Origin: a virus
Taxonomy: Duplodnaviria > Caudoviricetes
Length of the DNA: 53,099 nucleotides
Strand: one strand, 5' to 3'
Virus record (IMG/VR): IMGVR_UViG_3300005613_000084
Coordinates: 1-53,099 of that record
How positions within the stretch are numbered: position 1 is the stretch's first letter; each line of letters starts with the position of its first letter. Shown here piece after piece: positions 34,989 through 43,392 of the stretch. The notes beneath the pieces were generated by a model that saw only the letters and a program-made list of their open reading frames with translations, did not search any database and had not been told where the DNA came from. The position numbers were made by a program, and so were the translations under genes.

Positions 34989-36002
34989 ATGCCAAGTGAA
35001 GAACTGGTCAAAGAAATCGAAGAGGCAGCCGAGCAGGTTTCGGCGGAGCATGAGCAAGAGCTTGCTGAGGCGAGAGAAGATGGCGAACAGAAGGTTGCTT
35101 TCGGAGGAGTTGAGGTTGAGTATAAGGAGGGCTTTAATCACCTAGACGAATCTCAGCAGGAAGCCGACGACACTGGCGAAGAGGATTCGGAAGCGGACGA
35201 TACCGCGACTGAGTCTGACTCGAAAGAGGACGACGATACTGAAGCGAGCGAGGATACCGAGGGCGAGACTGAACGGCAAGAAGACCTGCCGGCCACGCCT
35301 GATCTTAGCGATGAAGTTCTCGCACGTGCAATCAAAGCCGGTATGTCGTTAGGGGATGCACTGACGTTTCCTAACGAAGCTGCCTTGGATCGTGTCGTGT
35401 CTGCTGTCGAGAATGCTGCAAAACCGGCAGACCAGAAACGCGACGAAGACGACACTGATCCGTTCGCCGCGCTGAAGCTCGACCCGGAGAAGTTTGAGCC
35501 GGAAGTAGTCGAGATGTTCGACAGTATGCGCAAGGCGCTCCAGTCGCAACAGGAACAAATCCAGGAATTCAGGCAGCAGCAGGAACATATCGTGCAGTCG
35601 GGCCAGATGGCGGCTGCGCGTGAGGTAGAGCAGTGGTTTGACGGGCAAGTCGAATCACTCGGCGAAGATTTCGTTGATGCCCTCGGCACTGGCGGGCATA
35701 GCTCGCTGGATCGGGGAAGTCCGCAGTATGCGAAGCGTGAGCAGATTGCGGAACACATGTCTGTTCTTTTGGCCGGCTATCAAGCCCAGGGGCAGAATGC
35801 GCCGCCGCGTGAAGACGTATTCAACATGGCGGCAAGGTTTGTCTTGGCGGACAAATACCAGGAGGTACACGAAAAACGTCTGGCTGGCGATCTGGCGAAG
35901 CGTAAGGGAGCACACCTCCAGCGCGTGAATCGCTCGAAAGCTAAGCCGAGTAGGTCAGTGGAAGAGGAGACGGCGGCGATGCTTGATGAGCGATTCGGCT
36001 GA
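34989..36002 (+). CDS. Capsid scaffolding protein
   Basis: Very acidic N-terminus, coiled coil, directly before the major capsid gene. Confidence 0.75.
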   Translation: MPSEELVKEIEEAAEQVSAEHEQELAEAREDGEQKVAFGGVEVEYKEGFNHLDESQQEADDTGEEDSEADDTATESDSKEDDDTEASEDTEGETERQEDLPATPDLSDEVLARAIKAGMSLGDALTFPNEAALDRVVSAVENAAKPADQKRDEDDTDPFAALKLDPEKFEPEVVEMFDSMRKALQSQQEQIQEFRQQQEHIVQSGQMAAAREVEQWFDGQVESLGEDFVDALGTGGHSSLDRGSPQYAKREQIAEHMSVLLAGYQAQGQNAPPREDVFNMAARFVLADKYQEVHEKRLAGDLAKRKGAHLQRVNRSKAKPSRSVEEETAAMLDERFG

Positions 36003-36030
36003 CGTTCTCCGTAGTAATTAAGGGGCAGAA

Positions 36031-37068
36031 ATGGGGCTTCCGTATTCGGATATTGACGATGCGGTTCTCTTGACGCAAGAGAATCTTGTCAAAAAGGGCG
36101 CGTTCGTGGATATGCAAACTGATTTGCAGGACCACGTCGCGGTTCGTGAGCTTTGGAAGAAGCATGTTAAGACGTTCGAGGGTGGTGATGATTGGCGCTG
36201 GGATGCGCAGATGGATCACAACCACTCGGCGCGTGCGGTCCAGTTGTTTGAGACGGACGGGTCGTCCCTGACGGACACGATGAAGCAGGGCACAGTGAGC
36301 CCTCGTCACGTCAACGCACACTATATTTACGATCAGCGAGAGAAGGATTTCCAGCGCGGCGGTCATGCGATCGTCAATCTGATTAAGACTCGTTACGTCG
36401 GGATGATGGTCTCGTTTTACGAGACGTTGGAAGGATTTTTGTGGGGCAAGCCCGACGACTCGTCGGATGAGCGCACGCCCTATGGTCTTCAGTATTGGAT
36501 CGTCAGAAATGCGACCGAGGGCTTCAATGCCGAGAACCCGACTGGGTTCACTGATGGCCGTGGCAATATCGACTCGACCGTCTACGAACGCTGGGCGAAT
36601 TGGTCGAACGACTACCTCGCGATTTCCAAAGAGGATCTGATTCGTTCGATGCGTCGGGGGCACCGTAAGACGCGGTTCCGCTCGCCGGTCTCGCATGCCG
36701 TGCCGAGCCTCGCCAAGACCGGAAATGGAATCTACACGAACGATGCCGTGCTTGGGATCATGGAGGAACTGCTTGAGCAGCAGAACATGAACCTTGGCAA
36801 TGACCTGGCCAGTAAAGATGGCCGGGTGACGTTTAAGTCGACCCCGGTGATATATGCACCGTACCTCGACAACGACAGCGAGAATCCGGTCTACATGCTG
36901 GATTGGAAGTGGCTGGCAATCGGTGTGATGGCTGGATGGCAGAACCAACTGACTAAGCCATATATGGTCAAAGACAAACACTTGGTCCGCCGAGTCGACT
37001 TGGACGCTACGCTGCAAATGGTCTGTACGGACTTGCGTAAGCAGAGCATTTACTACAAGGCTGCGTAA
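36031..37068 (+). CDS. Major capsid protein
   Basis: 345 aa after the scaffold; size and synteny fit an HK97-fold capsid (LWG...PYGL motif). Confidence 0.8.
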   Translation: MGLPYSDIDDAVLLTQENLVKKGAFVDMQTDLQDHVAVRELWKKHVKTFEGGDDWRWDAQMDHNHSARAVQLFETDGSSLTDTMKQGTVSPRHVNAHYIYDQREKDFQRGGHAIVNLIKTRYVGMMVSFYETLEGFLWGKPDDSSDERTPYGLQYWIVRNATEGFNAENPTGFTDGRGNIDSTVYERWANWSNDYLAISKEDLIRSMRRGHRKTRFRSPVSHAVPSLAKTGNGIYTNDAVLGIMEELLEQQNMNLGNDLASKDGRVTFKSTPVIYAPYLDNDSENPVYMLDWKWLAIGVMAGWQNQLTKPYMVKDKHLVRRVDLDATLQMVCTDLRKQSIYYKAA

Positions 37069-37100
37069 GCACGCACGAATCCCAATAAAAGGAAAGCGAT

Positions 37101-37901
37101 ATGGTCTCTTTTGCGATCGATGGCCACGAAAAGTTGGCTCCTAGCCGGAGCGCTTGGGTGTGGTTTGGCGGCTCGACGGCCCTGAAGGAGGGCCAGGCTG
37201 TCTGTTATAACTGGGACTACGGAACCGCGACCGCCTTTGATGGCCGGCGGTTTAACCGGGTCGAGCTTCCGAGTACGACCAACGCGCAGTATTTCGCTGG
37301 CGTTGCGGCTCGGAAATACTCCGCTGTGAGCGGCGGGCAACTGATTGAGATTTTTCTGCCGGGCAGTGTGTGTAACATCTACGCGAAGGCGACCTGTGTG
37401 ATTGGCACGGGGCTCTTGACGTTCGATGTGACCGAGGATTACGAGGGCTATTTCCGGTACGAGGGGCTTGATGGCGAAGGATCAGCGGTACCAATGCAGA
37501 CCGTTGATCGCGGGACTACTGCCGGTCTCGTTATGGCGAAGCTCCAGCAGGGGCCCCCGAGTGGCGGCTTAGAAGTCGTGCAGCTTGTCGACGACACCGC
37601 TTGGGTAGCTATGGTTGGCGGAACTACTCTGTGTATCGGCGTTGCTGCGGGTTCTGGAGATTGTGAAGAGGAAATCCTTGACGGGACGATTGAAGGTCTT
37701 CGGAAGAAGATTGAAATCATCACGACCGAGGTTGGAACCAATAACGCCAAGATCCACATCGAAAACGATGATGGTCGCCAGTCGGACGGTAGCTATGATC
37801 TGGCCAGTGTGAGCTTGGATGCTGTTGGGGATCAGGTCGTTTTCCAGTGGGTCGGTGGCTGCTGGACGATCCTTGGTGGTAGTGGTATGGAAGAGGCATA
37901 G
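37101..37901 (+). CDS. Capsid decoration/cement-like protein
   Basis: Gly/Thr-rich, follows the capsid gene; ALKEGQAVCY...FAGVA. Confidence 0.55.
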   Translation: MVSFAIDGHEKLAPSRSAWVWFGGSTALKEGQAVCYNWDYGTATAFDGRRFNRVELPSTTNAQYFAGVAARKYSAVSGGQLIEIFLPGSVCNIYAKATCVIGTGLLTFDVTEDYEGYFRYEGLDGEGSAVPMQTVDRGTTAGLVMAKLQQGPPSGGLEVVQLVDDTAWVAMVGGTTLCIGVAAGSGDCEEEILDGTIEGLRKKIEIITTEVGTNNAKIHIENDDGRQSDGSYDLASVSLDAVGDQVVFQWVGGCWTILGGSGMEEA

Positions 37902-37922
37902 GTGGGGCAGGATCGGGGCTGG

Positions 37923-37960
37923 GTCGCCGGGCGGGTTTCTCTCTTCGCCCGCCCGGCGGC
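37923..37960 (+). other. Strong GC hairpin after the capsid operon
   Basis: GCCGGGCGGG...CCCGCCCGGC inverted repeat; no clear U tract. Confidence 0.6.
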
Positions 37961-37971
37961 TGACAGTCTTC

Positions 37972-38040
37972 ACCCTGGTCGTCTAAGTAAGACAATCTCA
38001 CAAACGAGAGGCAATCTGGGTTCAAATCCCAGCCAGGGAG
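37972..38040 (+). ncRNA. tRNA-like element (pseudo-tRNA; no assignable anticodon)
   Basis: Acceptor CCCTGG/CCAGGG; D-stem GTCT/AGAC with 5-nt loop; stem TCTC/GAGA with 6-nt loop ACAAAC; canonical T-arm CTGGG-TTCAAAT-CCCAG; no CCA. Confidence 0.6.
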
Positions 38041-38043
38041 CTT

Positions 38044-38544
38044 ATGGCGGAAGACAGGAAGGAATGCACGCGATGTGGCGAGTGGAAGCTAATATGTGAA
38101 TTCCCTAAAGACAAAAAGGGTAGGAACGGGTACGCCTCTATTTGTAAGGCATGTGTTCTGACTAGGAGGCAGAAGGGGTACGAGTACCAGAAGGAATATT
38201 GGGATAAGCCGGGGAATAAAGCGAGAAAGAAAGAGAACGCGAGAAAGTCGTATCTCAGGAATCGTGAGAAAATTCTTGAGAGAAACAGGACGCGGAATAT
38301 CTCTAGAAGGTACGGGTTGCCTGTTGGCGCTTTCGAGGAAATGCTAGCAAGACAGGGTGGGCGGTGTCGGATTTGTGGGATGAAGCCGAAAAAGCGTAGG
38401 TTGCACATAGATCACGATCACGATAGTGGGGCCGTTCGCGGATTACTTTGTCAACGGTGCAATCATATGCTAGGTAATGCAAAAGATAATCCGGCCATAT
38501 TAAGGATGGGTGCACTTTACCTAGAGGAGAGTAGCTTTGAGTGA
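38044..38544 (+). CDS. Endonuclease VII-family (probable homing) endonuclease
   Basis: QGGRCRICG...HIDHDH...VRGLLCQRCN; N-terminal zinc finger; inserted among structural genes. Confidence 0.9.
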   Translation: MAEDRKECTRCGEWKLICEFPKDKKGRNGYASICKACVLTRRQKGYEYQKEYWDKPGNKARKKENARKSYLRNREKILERNRTRNISRRYGLPVGAFEEMLARQGGRCRICGMKPKKRRLHIDHDHDSGAVRGLLCQRCNHMLGNAKDNPAILRMGALYLEESSFE

Positions 38545-39322
38545 GTCCGGGCTGAGTATCGGCTGGACAGAACTGCAACAGCGCGTCGGCTTCTTCCTCG
38601 GGTACGGTCGGACGATCGCTGATTGGACGGCTGACCAGACGGCAGAGGTTGCTGAGTATGTCCAGTCGGGTGTCCGCCGGGTCTATTTCCCGATCAGCGA
38701 TAACCCGATGGTGCTCGGCTATGAGTGGTCATGGATCAAGCCGTCCACCACAATGGACATTGAAGACGATGATGGCGACTACGATTTTCCGGATGATTTC
38801 CATCGCCTAATCGGCAAGATGTATTTTGCGGCTGATTCATGTTATGCGCCAATCAAGTCAGTCGGGGTCGGTGACATCCTGGCGATGCGCTCCGCCCATG
38901 ATCGCACTGGACCGCCCCAGTACGTGGCGGTTCGTCGCAAGACGGAAGACCGGGAGTCTGGACAGCGATGGGAGGCTCTGTTTTGGCCGGAGCCGGACGC
39001 AGACTACACGTTGACTTACAAATACGAAGCATACTCCGGAGCACTCTCGGATTCGTACCCGTATACGCTCGGCGGTATGGCACTTGGTGAGTTGTTCATC
39101 GAGAGTTGCCTGGCCGTGGCCGAACAACAGGCGACCGATGAAGCCTCAATTCATACGGCGCTGTACGATCGGCTGTTACTGAGTGAGGTGATGCGCGATC
39201 GGAAGCGCGGTGCTGCGACGTACGGGCGAGTCGGCAATCGGGAGATTGACGAGAAGGGTCGGATTCGACACGGTGACACGGGGTCGACGTACCCCATCAC
39301 GTATAAGGGGGAGTCGATTTAG
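38537..39322 (+). CDS. Head-tail adaptor/connector protein
   Basis: YEWSW, YDFPDDF, FWPEPDADYTLTYKY pattern typical of podoviral adaptors; synteny. Confidence 0.7.
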   Translation: MSESGLSIGWTELQQRVGFFLGYGRTIADWTADQTAEVAEYVQSGVRRVYFPISDNPMVLGYEWSWIKPSTTMDIEDDDGDYDFPDDFHRLIGKMYFAADSCYAPIKSVGVGDILAMRSAHDRTGPPQYVAVRRKTEDRESGQRWEALFWPEPDADYTLTYKYEAYSGALSDSYPYTLGGMALGELFIESCLAVAEQQATDEASIHTALYDRLLLSEVMRDRKRGAATYGRVGNREIDEKGRIRHGDTGSTYPITYKGESI

Positions 39323-39469
39323 TGGAGCCTTCTGAAGGGATGGTTGAAGATGCGATGTCGCACTACCTTCACTGTGCACGACATGAGACAGTAGTTAGTA
39401 AATGGCTCCTGGAACAAACAACGCCCTGTCGGTTCGTTGTTCGGATGGATGGGGATATTGAGGAAGTAA

Positions 39470-39739
39470 ATGGCTAAGAGAAAGACACTGGCTGAGATGC
39501 AAGCTGAGGCCCGTAAGGCGCGCGAGGCAGAGAAATCGCTTAACGATGCACTGGCGAAGCGACGGGGAGCGCGGGCGGCAGCGGAAGCGAAGAAGCCGCC
39601 AAAACGGAAGACGCCACAACAGATTCGCAGGGAACAAAATGAGGCGACTCGTGGTAAGTTAATGCCGAAGACTGGCTTAGATAAGCTGACTGAGGCGCTG
39701 ACGCCGAAGAAACCACCGAAGAAGAAAAAGAGGCGATAA
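39470..39739 (+). CDS. Small highly basic protein
   Basis: GAGGA RBS; K/R-rich. Confidence 0.65.
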   Translation: MAKRKTLAEMQAEARKAREAEKSLNDALAKRRGARAAAEAKKPPKRKTPQQIRREQNEATRGKLMPKTGLDKLTEALTPKKPPKKKKRR

Positions 39740-40041
39740 TGGCAGCAGCCACGCATACGTTCACTACTACGGACAGCGAGCAAATCATTGCTGCTGATGA
39801 ACTCCGCGACCATATCACGATTCAGTTGCAGTCTGCGAATACTCCGGTATATCTTGCCTTCGGGGAAGATGGGGTAGACGCAACTGGCATTTGTCTGCTT
39901 TACCCCGGTTGCTCGGTGAGAGTGCGCGGGGCCAAGGCGCGGGGGGCAGTGAATGGGATTGATGCGACGGGAACGGCCGTGGTTGGCATCGAGACCTGCG
40001 AAGACGTGGAATACCGCCCTGGCTCTTATATTTGGTTGTAG
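39739..40041 (+). CDS. Small virion protein, tandem paralog of 40045..40389
   Basis: QIIAADELRDHITIQL...VYLAFGED vs QILAADEHRDHVTVQL...VYLGFGED. Confidence 0.75.
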   Translation: MAAATHTFTTTDSEQIIAADELRDHITIQLQSANTPVYLAFGEDGVDATGICLLYPGCSVRVRGAKARGAVNGIDATGTAVVGIETCEDVEYRPGSYIWL

Positions 40042-40044
40042 ATT

Positions 40045-40389
40045 ATGGCCGCGACAGCCTGGAGTATTGGGGCGCTTGAGGTAGATGCTTCCAAGCAGAT
40101 TCTTGCTGCTGACGAGCATCGGGACCATGTAACAGTGCAGTTGCATGCCCAGACGAATTCCGGACAGGATATTGTCTATCTTGGTTTTGGAGAGGATGCT
40201 GTTTCTGGTGAAGGGTTATTTCTTGGGCAAAAGGGTTGCTCAGTAAGGGTGCTTGGGCCTAAGGCCAGATTGGCGATAAACGCGATTTGTGATGCTGTGG
40301 TTTCTGGTGGGACGGAAACGATGGAAGATATCGAGTATCGTCATGTGAGAGATCATCCATCGTGGCAAAACGATAAGCCACAGTCATAG
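40045..40389 (+). CDS. Small virion protein, tandem paralog of 39739..40041
   Basis: Shared GCSVRV.G.KAR.A.N.I and E..ED.EYR motifs. Confidence 0.75.
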   Translation: MAATAWSIGALEVDASKQILAADEHRDHVTVQLHAQTNSGQDIVYLGFGEDAVSGEGLFLGQKGCSVRVLGPKARLAINAICDAVVSGGTETMEDIEYRHVRDHPSWQNDKPQS

Positions 40390-40454
40390 GTGAGGCATGG
40401 AGGGAAACGTGTGGAGCAGGATTTTGGAACTTTCTTAACTGAGGGGCAGAGACG

Positions 40455-42209
40455 ATGATTCAGAGGGTATGTGCGCTACTGCGGATGCAACCGCCGATTG
40501 TTGATAATCGGGGTCTGCTGAGTCTTTCTGGAGCGACGGTTCCGACTGATGGGACAGACGGCTACCAGACTGGGTGTATTTTTCAACATACGGACGGCGG
40601 TGGCGGAACCGCCCTCTATATCAACGAGGGGTCGGTAACGAGTTGCGATTTCAATCCAGTCGAAGCCGGGAATATCACCACGTCACTTGATGTGGGTGCG
40701 TTCTCTTCGCTTACGGCCGGGAGTGGGATTGCGCTTTCTTCAGATAATCGCTCTGCTGCTGCTATTTTCGGTGACGACAATGGGTTGTCCATTGCATCCA
40801 ATGTCTATAACCTGCGGACACGACTCCTCCTGACAGTCGATCAGGCCGGCGCTTCGATTCGCGCCCTGATGGCGCAGTTGAAGTGTGCTGATGGTGTGGA
40901 CGTAGAAACCGGAATCTACACGGCGAGCCAGGGCTATCTCGAATTGGCCGGCACGCACATTGCCAAGAATGGCGCTACCCTCTCGTGCATCGACGCCAGT
41001 ATGGAGATCGGGACGAAGCTAACGACTAATGTCGGTGGAGAAGCTTGTGGCATTCACGTCGAGACGACTGGCGCTGGTACGATCACCAACGACGGCACTT
41101 GTGCTGGCATTCTAATTGACAAGGCCGCGGGAGCGGCTAGCTGGCCTGTTGGGTTGCTGATTGATGGGGCATCCGCCCATCAGGCAATCAAGGTTGGTGT
41201 CCAGGACACGGGTGTTGATCTGACGACCACGTATCCATTTGCAGTCGAAGTGCACTGTGAAGCAAACGCGAATATCGTTGCCGGCGACACTGGTTCGACT
41301 GCTGGTATTTATGCTCGGTATGCAATCGAAGTGGCGCAGATTACCAACACTTCGCATATTGGCATCTTTGGCAAGTTGCGGGTCAAGGCCGATCTGGACG
41401 ATGGCAATCATGCCGGCTTGATGGGCTGGGTTGAGATTTCAGGAACTACGGAAATCGGCGGAATTGCTTCCACGACTACTGCCGCTGGCAACTTTTCTGT
41501 CATTGCGCCGTCTACACTCAATCTTTCCACTGGCCACCTGAACGGTATTTGCGTTGATTGCAGTGTCGATGATGAGGCGACTATTGGTGGGACGTTATCT
41601 GGTATTCGCCTCAAGAAGAGCACCGGCTGTTATGCCTGGCCGACTGGTATTGCGATTGATGCTGGCGCTGCGGTTATCGGTATCAATCTATCGGTAACTA
41701 CGCAAGCTTCCGTAATGACGGTTACGGCGCTTCCGGCTGATGCTCGTGCGTCTCGCTTTGCGTACACGTGCGCTACTCCTGCAATGTCAGATGGCTACGG
41801 TGCCCATGAAATTGACCTGACGATTAGCGGAGTTGGTACAGGCGGTATCCAGGCTGCCTCAACTTGGGTCAACTTGACTGCCACTGCAACTGCGCCGAGT
41901 TACACGTTCTGTCATAATGACGGAATTTGGCAAGATGCCAGTGCAACGATCAGCGCCGCCTATATCTCTTGGGCTAAGTATCAGTGTCTCCTGTCTGATA
42001 ATCCGGCGTGGTGCAGTCTGTGGGAGTTGAATTTCTCTGGTGCCAATTCGGAGATTGACGCGATCTTCAATTGCAATGACGCTACCTTGGCACTTGGGTA
42101 TCAGGAAGGCACCCCGACGAAAGCTGCTGTTGGTAGTATTCCGTTTTTCTCGGTTGCCGGAGGTGGAATCAGGTACATTTACCTGTACGATCATCCTGAC
42201 TCCGATTAG
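40455..42209 (+). CDS. Tail/head fibre-like structural protein
   Basis: G/A/T-rich beta-type composition; GCIFQHTDG...ALYINEG N-terminal motif; lies in the tail region. Confidence 0.6.
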   Translation: MIQRVCALLRMQPPIVDNRGLLSLSGATVPTDGTDGYQTGCIFQHTDGGGGTALYINEGSVTSCDFNPVEAGNITTSLDVGAFSSLTAGSGIALSSDNRSAAAIFGDDNGLSIASNVYNLRTRLLLTVDQAGASIRALMAQLKCADGVDVETGIYTASQGYLELAGTHIAKNGATLSCIDASMEIGTKLTTNVGGEACGIHVETTGAGTITNDGTCAGILIDKAAGAASWPVGLLIDGASAHQAIKVGVQDTGVDLTTTYPFAVEVHCEANANIVAGDTGSTAGIYARYAIEVAQITNTSHIGIFGKLRVKADLDDGNHAGLMGWVEISGTTEIGGIASTTTAAGNFSVIAPSTLNLSTGHLNGICVDCSVDDEATIGGTLSGIRLKKSTGCYAWPTGIAIDAGAAVIGINLSVTTQASVMTVTALPADARASRFAYTCATPAMSDGYGAHEIDLTISGVGTGGIQAASTWVNLTATATAPSYTFCHNDGIWQDASATISAAYISWAKYQCLLSDNPAWCSLWELNFSGANSEIDAIFNCNDATLALGYQEGTPTKAAVGSIPFFSVAGGGIRYIYLYDHPDSD

Positions 42210-42222
42210 TGTGTAGTTGTTC

Positions 42223-42264
42223 ACCCGGTGCCTTGTGTCGAATACAGGGCACCGGGTCCCTTTT
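42223..42264 (+). terminator. Hairpin / probable terminator
   Basis: ACCCGGTGCCTTGT...ACAGGGCACCGGGT followed by CCCTTTT. Confidence 0.6.
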
Positions 42265-42284
42265 CTTGTTTTGAGGAGAGACGT

Positions 42285-42725
42285 ATGAAGATGAATTTTG
42301 GTGTGCTCAGCAACTCGTTGGATTCGTGGCGTCTGCTGGTGGCGTTGCGTATGAAGCCGGCTATTGCGTACATGGTCGCGAAGTATGCGAAACAAATCGG
42401 TGAGGAATGCGATCTGATTAACCAGCAGCGTGAGACGTTGATCCGCGACCTTACGGGCACTAAGCCCGGCCAGGCGGCTAAGATCGAAGAGGGCACTGAG
42501 ATGCACGCTGAATTCATGCGGCAGTACGCCGAGATCATGGGGACAGAGTGCAACGTGACTATGGTGCCGATGAAGCTCATGGAAGTTATCGACAGCATAG
42601 TCGAGTCTGAGGCGGCTGCACTTACGCCGCAGGACATGCTCATACTGGATCAGTTTTTCGTGCAGGAGTCGCCAGAGGAGGAGTTCCGGAATGACGACGG
42701 CACTCCGAAGGAAGCGATCGACTGA
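42285..42725 (+). CDS. Hypothetical helical protein (possible fibre chaperone)
   Basis: GAGGAG RBS before ATG 42285; follows a fibre-like gene. Confidence 0.65.
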   Translation: MKMNFGVLSNSLDSWRLLVALRMKPAIAYMVAKYAKQIGEECDLINQQRETLIRDLTGTKPGQAAKIEEGTEMHAEFMRQYAEIMGTECNVTMVPMKLMEVIDSIVESEAAALTPQDMLILDQFFVQESPEEEFRNDDGTPKEAID

Positions 42726-42747
42726 CACCTTGACTGATAAATACTCC

Positions 42748-42786
42748 CCGGCGGTCCAGCGTTGCGCGGGGCCGCCGGTTCTTTTT
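42748..42786 (+). terminator. Rho-independent terminator
   Basis: CCGGCGGTCC...GGGCCGCCGG followed by TTCTTTTT. Confidence 0.65.
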
Positions 42787-42802
42787 GGGTAAGAGGAGAG
42801 AG

Positions 42803-43081
42803 ATGAAGTTTTATCGTGAACCTTGCCCGGACACAAGATGGCCCCTTGTCCTTACATGCAAGCTACTTGGTGTTCGATGGGGAATCCGGGAGTGCGTTTG
42901 GCGCTATTTCAATTATTGGTTTCATAGGTTGTGGTACAGATATTGGTGTACTCACCCTGATTTGCCTAATAAAGAGTGGAAAGAGGGGGACGTGGTATCT
43001 TTCGATAGAACTGCTTGGTGGCAAGGCACGCCTGGCCGGCTGGGACCCCGATATGAGATAGGGCCTCGATACTGGCGATAG
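42803..43081 (+). CDS. Hypothetical Trp-rich protein (moron-like)
   Basis: GAGGAG RBS before ATG 42803. Confidence 0.55.
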   Translation: MKFYREPCPDTRWPLVLTCKLLGVRWGIRECVWRYFNYWFHRLWYRYWCTHPDLPNKEWKEGDVVSFDRTAWWQGTPGRLGPRYEIGPRYWR

Positions 43082-43092
43082 AAGGGGGAGAG

Positions 43093-43392
43093 ATGCACTT
43101 AAATAGCAAAATGGTTGCAAGAATCAAACACTTCGCAGAACAGTTGTTCGGAAGGGAAGCCGAAATCAACTTTATAGCCGGAAAGCGTATTGACGGAAAT
43201 GGAGACTGCTGGCAATTAAAGCGAGCCAAGCCTAGTCTGCTGACATACAGGCTGGATGCGACAAAAGGAAGGATTCATGGCTATGCTTTGTTCGATACGA
43301 ATCGCATGAAGTCCGATAGGGATATTGAGAGAACCCTTATTGGGTTGGATGTGTCAATGGCAGCCCAGTTAGGGAAACTGGCTAATGGCTAA
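43093..43392 (+). CDS. Hypothetical protein
   Basis: GGGGGAG RBS; overlaps the nozzle start. Confidence 0.55.
   Translation: MHLNSKMVARIKHFAEQLFGREAEINFIAGKRIDGNGDCWQLKRAKPSLLTYRLDATKGRIHGYALFDTNRMKSDRDIERTLIGLDVSMAAQLGKLANG

Noticed and set aside
35941-37017. Long antisense ORFs (e.g. 35941..37017, 41859..42836, 39319..40146, 15413..16219)
   Set aside because: They shadow well-supported + strand genes in GC-rich DNA and lack RBSs and recognisable motifs.
37902-38544. Group I intron around the Endo VII gene
   Set aside because: The flanking genes appear intact with their own start and stop codons, and no intron core was recognised.
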